A DNA stretch of 64,000 nt, from NCBI GenBank assembly GCA_037385505.1, contig JARRMY010000001.1, forward strand, positions 7,025 to 71,024, written 5' to 3'. Made by a program: the position numbers and the translations under genes. Positions within the stretch are counted from its first letter, which is position 1. Each line of letters begins with the position of its first letter. Under the pieces are notes generated by a model that did no database searches, had not been told where the DNA came from, and saw only the letters and a list, made by a program, of their open reading frames with translations. This stretch comes from Gammaproteobacteria bacterium. Lineage in GTDB: Bacteria > Pseudomonadota > Gammaproteobacteria > Chromatiales > Chromatiaceae. This document shows positions 60,103 through 64,000 of this stretch, piece by piece.

Positions 60103-60368
60103 ACTGTATCCGTTGCCTGGTCGAGGGACGCGTCCAGGGCGTCTTCTTCCGTGCTGCGACCAAGCAGGAGGCGGACCGGCTGGGCATCGCCGGACATGCC
60201 GTCAATCTTCCCGATGGCAGGGTCGAGGTCGTTGCGCGCGGCACCGAGGATGCGCTCGGGCGACTCAGGCGTTTTTTGCACGAGGGGCCGCCACAGGCCT
60301 CAGTGACCGCCGTCAGTTGCGCTCCCTGGCATGCCGACAGCGTTCGGGACGGCTTCAGAACCGGTTGA
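60099..60368 (+). CDS. acyP: Acylphosphatase
   Basis: GTG start (GTGA overlap). VEGRVQGVFFRAATKQEA...NLPDGRVEVVARG. Confidence 0.85.
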   Translation: MNCIRCLVEGRVQGVFFRAATKQEADRLGIAGHAVNLPDGRVEVVARGTEDALGRLRRFLHEGPPQASVTAVSCAPWHADSVRDGFRTG

Positions 60369-61076
60369 ATGCAGCTTCCGGAACTGACAGACGGGCGCCT
60401 GTTGCGCCGTTACAAGCGTTTTTTTGCCGATGTGGAACTCGACGACGGGACGCAAGTCACGGCGCATTGTCCGAACACCGGCAGCATGCGTTCCTGCCTC
60501 GCCCCGGGTGCGCCGGTCCAGCTCAGCTTTCATGACAACCCGCGCAGAAAACTCCAGTGGACACTCGAGCGCATCGACATGGGCCACGGCTGGGTCGGCG
60601 TCAACACCCACATTGTCAACAGTGTCATCGCGGAGGCACTGCAGCAGGGAAGGATCCCGCAACTCGCGGGCCACAAACGGCTCAAACGCGAAGTCAGGAT
60701 CGAACTGCCCGGCCATGAACCCGCGCGGCTGGATATGGTGCTGGATGACGAATCGCCCGACAGTGTCTATATTGAAGTAAAAAATGTCACCTTGTTGGAT
60801 GATGGTTTTCTTCAATTTCCGGACGCTGTCTCGAAGCGCGCACTCAAGCACTTGAGATTGTTGACTGATCTGGCCGACAACGGACATCATGCCGTGATCC
60901 TGTTTGCCATCAACAGGCCGGAGGGGCGCTGTTTCCGGCCTGCGCGCGAGATCGATCCGGATTATGCCCAAGCACTGGAGACCGCCCTGGAACATGGCGT
61001 TTCCGTTATTCCGATCAGGCTCATCCATCGACAACGGGAGATTGTCACGGGAGCCCCAGTGGAATACACACGATGA
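60369..61076 (+). CDS. sfsA: Sugar fermentation stimulation protein A (DNA/RNA nuclease SfsA)
   Basis: 235 aa with LLRRYKRFFADVEL...AHCPNTGSM. Confidence 0.85.
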   Translation: MQLPELTDGRLLRRYKRFFADVELDDGTQVTAHCPNTGSMRSCLAPGAPVQLSFHDNPRRKLQWTLERIDMGHGWVGVNTHIVNSVIAEALQQGRIPQLAGHKRLKREVRIELPGHEPARLDMVLDDESPDSVYIEVKNVTLLDDGFLQFPDAVSKRALKHLRLLTDLADNGHHAVILFAINRPEGRCFRPAREIDPDYAQALETALEHGVSVIPIRLIHRQREIVTGAPVEYTR

Positions 61077-62008
61077 CTCTGACCGAGTTACGCTATATCG
61101 TCGCTGTTGCCAGGGAAAGACACTTCGGAAGGGCAGCGGAAGCCTGCTTTGTCAGCCAGCCGACACTGAGTGTTGCCGTGCGCAAGCTCGAGGAGGAACT
61201 CGCGGTTCCGATCTTCGAACGCGGCAAGGGGGAAGTGACCGTCACTCCGACTGGCGAGCAGATCATAGAGCAGGCACAACGCGTCCTGGAAGAAGCCAGC
61301 AAGATCAATCAGCTGTCAGAGCAGGGGAGAGACCAGCTCGAGGGTCCTCTGCGCATTGGCGCGATTCACACCGTCGGGCCCTACCTCTTCCCGGACCTGG
61401 TCCCGACGCTCGTGCAAATGGCTCCGAAAATGCAACTCGCGATCGAGGAGAATTTCACAGCCGTCCTCACGGAGAAGCTCAAGAATGGCGATCTCGATAT
61501 CATTCTCATCGCCGAGCCCTATAATGAACCTGGCATTCTGACGCTGCCGCTCTATACCGAACCCTTCGTCGCGCTCCTGCCGGCTGAACATGCACTGGCT
61601 TCGAAGGAGGCGCTCGTGACATCGGATCTTGCGTCGGAAACTGTGCTCCTGCTCGGCAGCGGACACTGTTTCCGTGACCAGGTGCTGAAGTTCTGCCCCG
61701 AGTGCCGCCGGCAGACCGGCCTGTTTGGCAACGCGATCCAGAACAGCATCGAGGGCGGCTCACTGGAGACAATCCGCTACATGGTCGCATCCGGACTGGG
61801 AATCACCATCCTGCCTTGCACGGCAACAGCCGTGGAGAGGTTTAGACAACGTCTCGTGACAGTGCTGCCGTTCGAAAACGAGGAGCCTTCAAGGACCATA
61901 GCGCTCGCGTGGCGCAAGAGTTTTCCTCGCCAGGAGGCCGTCGAACTCATCGCGGACGCCATCCGCGATAACCTGCCGGCCTGCGTACACGCCCGGGAAA
62001 CGGACTGA
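61073..62008 (+). CDS. oxyR: LysR-family hydrogen-peroxide-responsive regulator OxyR
   Basis: 311 aa with an N-terminal HTH LRYIVAVARERHFGRAAEACFVSQPTLS and the redox Cys pair in GSGHCFRDQVLKFC. Confidence 0.85.
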   Translation: MTLTELRYIVAVARERHFGRAAEACFVSQPTLSVAVRKLEEELAVPIFERGKGEVTVTPTGEQIIEQAQRVLEEASKINQLSEQGRDQLEGPLRIGAIHTVGPYLFPDLVPTLVQMAPKMQLAIEENFTAVLTEKLKNGDLDIILIAEPYNEPGILTLPLYTEPFVALLPAEHALASKEALVTSDLASETVLLLGSGHCFRDQVLKFCPECRRQTGLFGNAIQNSIEGGSLETIRYMVASGLGITILPCTATAVERFRQRLVTVLPFENEEPSRTIALAWRKSFPRQEAVELIADAIRDNLPACVHARETD

Positions 62009-62089
62009 TCCCCCTGATCCGGGGCTGAGCGGCGAGTACAGCAGTTGCCGGGTGTCTCAGCGCCTGGCGCCGCAAGCGTTACTCCGCTG

Positions 62090-63481
62090 CTAGAGGTTGT
62101 AACTCTCCCCGAATTCCGGCATTTCGACACTCGTGCTGTCCGGCAGCAGGGTGGCAAACCGCTCCATCGCCTCCTCGTCGCCATGGACAAGAATCGTTCG
62201 CTCGGGCGTTTTCATGCTGCGGAACCAGGCCAGCAACTCTGCCTGATCGGCATGCGCCGAAAAACCGCTGATGGTGTGGATACTGGCGCGCACCTGGATC
62301 TGTTCGCCGAAGATCTGAACCTCTTGCGCGCCATCGATGATGCGCCTCGCGAGCGTTCCTCTCGAGGCGTAACCGACGAAGATCACGCTCGACTCCTCGC
62401 GCCAGAGGTGCTGCTTGAGGTGGTGACGAACGCGGCCTCCGGTACACATGCCCGAACCGGCCAGGATCACGGCCCCGCCACGCAGCCTGTTGAGCGCAAT
62501 CGATTCTGCCGTCTCGCGGGTGAAATGCAATCCAGGCAGGTGGAAGGGATCTCGCCCCTCGTGAAACAGGGCCGCAACCTCCGGCTCGTAGCACTCCGGG
62601 TGACGCTCGAAGATCTCGGTCGCCGAGATTGCCATCGGGGAATCGAGAAATACCTGCAGCGACACCGGCAAGCGTTTCAGCTCTACGCCCTCGCGCAGGT
62701 AATAGAGCAGTTCCTGCGCACGTTCCAGCGCGAATGTCGGGATGATCACGTTACCCCCGCGCTCCATGGTGTCATGGATCAACGTGTAGAGTTCGTCGAT
62801 CGTCGGCTTCAGTTCCTTGTGCAGCCGGTCGCCATACGTCGTCTCCATGACGACGACGTCGGCGTGTGCGGGCGTCACGGGGTCCCTCAGAAGCGCCCGA
62901 CCGGCGTTGCCGAGATCGCCCGAGAACAGCAGGGTTCGCTGCCTTCCATGCTCTGCCAGCTCGAGGTAGATGCTCGCAGAACCCAGAATATGGCCGGCGT
63001 CGTAAAAGGTGGCGCGTATGCCGGGCGCCAGCTGCAGGGGCGCGTTGTATTCGGCGGTGCGCCCGAAATGCTCCGTGCTGTTGAGGGCATCCAGCACCGT
63101 GTAGAGTGGCTCCGGCCTGGACCTGTGACCATGACGCGCGCGCCGGCGCGCATGATAGCTGGCTTCCTCCTCCTGCAGGTGAGCCGAATCGAGCATCACC
63201 AGCCGCATGAGTTCGCGCGACGCGGCCGTGGTGATGATCTCGCCGCGAAAGCCACGCTTGCTGAGCAGCGGAATGCGTCCGCAGTGATCCAGGTGCGCAT
63301 GGGTCAGCAGCAGAAAGTCGATCGACGCCGGGTCGAAGCCGAAGTCCTCGCTGTTTTCCTCGACCAGCTCACGGCTGCCCTGGTAGAGGCCGCAGTCGAC
63401 CAGGATGCGATGGCCTGCGCATTCGACCAGGTGGCAGGAACCCGTGACATTGCGGTCCGCGCCATGAAAGGAGATTTTCAT
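62090..63481 (-). CDS. MBL-fold beta-CASP hydrolase (RNA-metabolising metallo-beta-lactamase)
   Basis: The ATG at 63481 gives MKISFHGADRNVTGSCHLVE, with LLLTHAHLDHCGRIP. The upstream part of the 611-aa ORF is discounted. Confidence 0.8.
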   Translation of the reverse strand: MKISFHGADRNVTGSCHLVECAGHRILVDCGLYQGSRELVEENSEDFGFDPASIDFLLLTHAHLDHCGRIPLLSKRGFRGEIITTAASRELMRLVMLDSAHLQEEEASYHARRRARHGHRSRPEPLYTVLDALNSTEHFGRTAEYNAPLQLAPGIRATFYDAGHILGSASIYLELAEHGRQRTLLFSGDLGNAGRALLRDPVTPAHADVVVMETTYGDRLHKELKPTIDELYTLIHDTMERGGNVIIPTFALERAQELLYYLREGVELKRLPVSLQVFLDSPMAISATEIFERHPECYEPEVAALFHEGRDPFHLPGLHFTRETAESIALNRLRGGAVILAGSGMCTGGRVRHHLKQHLWREESSVIFVGYASRGTLARRIIDGAQEVQIFGEQIQVRASIHTISGFSAHADQAELLAWFRSMKTPERTILVHGDEEAMERFATLLPDSTSVEMPEFGESYNL

Positions 63482-63500
63482 TCGGTTGTTCCCCCGTTGA

Positions 63501-64000
63501 CTATTGATCTGTGTAGAGCGGTGTGCCATTTGCGACATGCCACTGCCTGATGCTGTTCCAGATCTCTTCTGCCGTCTCGGCATACCAGAAGAGCTCGCGG
63601 TCCTCCTCGTCGATGACACCCTCGTCGGCAAGGAAATCAACATTGAATGCCTGCCGCCAGTATTTCTCGCCGACGAGCACGATCGGAATCGGCCTGATCT
63701 TGCGTGTCTGCACGAGCGTGAGCGTCTCGAAGAGCTCGTCGAAGGTGCCGTAACCGCCGGGAAAGACCACGAGTGCGCGCGTTCGCAGCAGGAAATGGAG
63801 TTTGCGCAGGGCGAAATAGTGGAAGCGAAAGCAGAGTTCAGGCGTGATATAGGGATTCGGATACTGCTCGTGCGGCAGGTTGATGTTGAGACCGATCGAT
63901 TTGCTCCCCGTATCGTAGACGCCACGATTTGCGGCCTCCATCATGCCGGGCCCGCCGCCTGTCATCATGACCAGGCGCAAGTCATCCGGCCCGTCGCCGC
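63501..64000 (-). CDS. LOG-family nucleotide 5'-monophosphate nucleosidase (PpnN/YgdH-like), 3' part only
   Basis: PGGYGTFDELFE motif plus a C-terminal extension. The reading frame runs off the window end, so the start is not seen. Confidence 0.65.
   Translation of the reverse strand, partial: GDGPDDLRLVMMTGGGPGMMEAANRGVYDTGSKSIGLNINLPHEQYPNPYITPELCFRFHYFALRKLHFLLRTRALVVFPGGYGTFDELFETLTLVQTRKIRPIPIVLVGEKYWRQAFNVDFLADEGVIDEEDRELFWYAETAEEIWNSIRQWHVANGTPLYTDQ

Noticed and set aside
62045-63550. 501-aa plus-strand ORF opposite the beta-CASP hydrolase gene.
   Set aside because: It is an antisense shadow. The minus frame carries the HxHxDH metallo-beta-lactamase motif.

Overview
Dense, high-GC chromosomal segment (roughly 60% by eye, not computed). 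Synteny looks gammaproteobacterial: lpxK-ycaR-kdsB; lpxH-ppiB-ppiA next to cysS; rpsF-rpsR-rplI; epmB/efp-epmA; hda-DUF2069-wrbA-arsC. I call about 75 protein-coding genes and several intrinsic terminators. I recognised no rRNA, tRNA, CRISPR array, transposase or integrase. Most of the content is housekeeping: lipid A/LPS, methionine salvage, translation, isoprenoid, NAD, peptidoglycan recycling and redox. All product calls rest on motif recognition by eye in the supplied ORF translations, since no searches could be run.

The best candidate for an undescribed system is a tightly coupled minus-strand three-gene module at 12.8-15.6 kb. It combines a MotA/ExbB-type four-TM channel protein, a TolR/ExbD/MotB-type Asp-bearing membrane anchor extended by about 330 aa of coiled coil plus a small two-Cys C-terminal domain, and a stand-alone pseudo-receiver. 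No flagellar, Tol-Pal, TonB or Zorya partner genes are nearby.

Other items worth a second look:
- An RND pump with an extra TM segment and a roughly 240-aa proline/alanine-rich acidic tail and no outer-membrane factor gene. It is followed by a secreted P/Y/G-rich protein, an orphan ParA-like ATPase and a membrane protein whose heptad a/d positions are filled by methionine.
- A membrane-anchored dynamin-like GTPase flanked by two lipid-binding-fold genes.
- A seven-gene chain with no intergenic spacing, linking periplasmic thiol oxidoreductases, a short TolC-like protein and a short adaptor-like protein to acyP-sfsA-oxyR.
- A candidate roughly 90-nt sRNA between prfC and tgt, carrying three anti-Shine-Dalgarno (UCCUCC) motifs with its own promoter and terminator.
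- A peptide-type ABC importer that has no ATPase genes and carries an embedded signal-less L,D-transpeptidase-fold gene.
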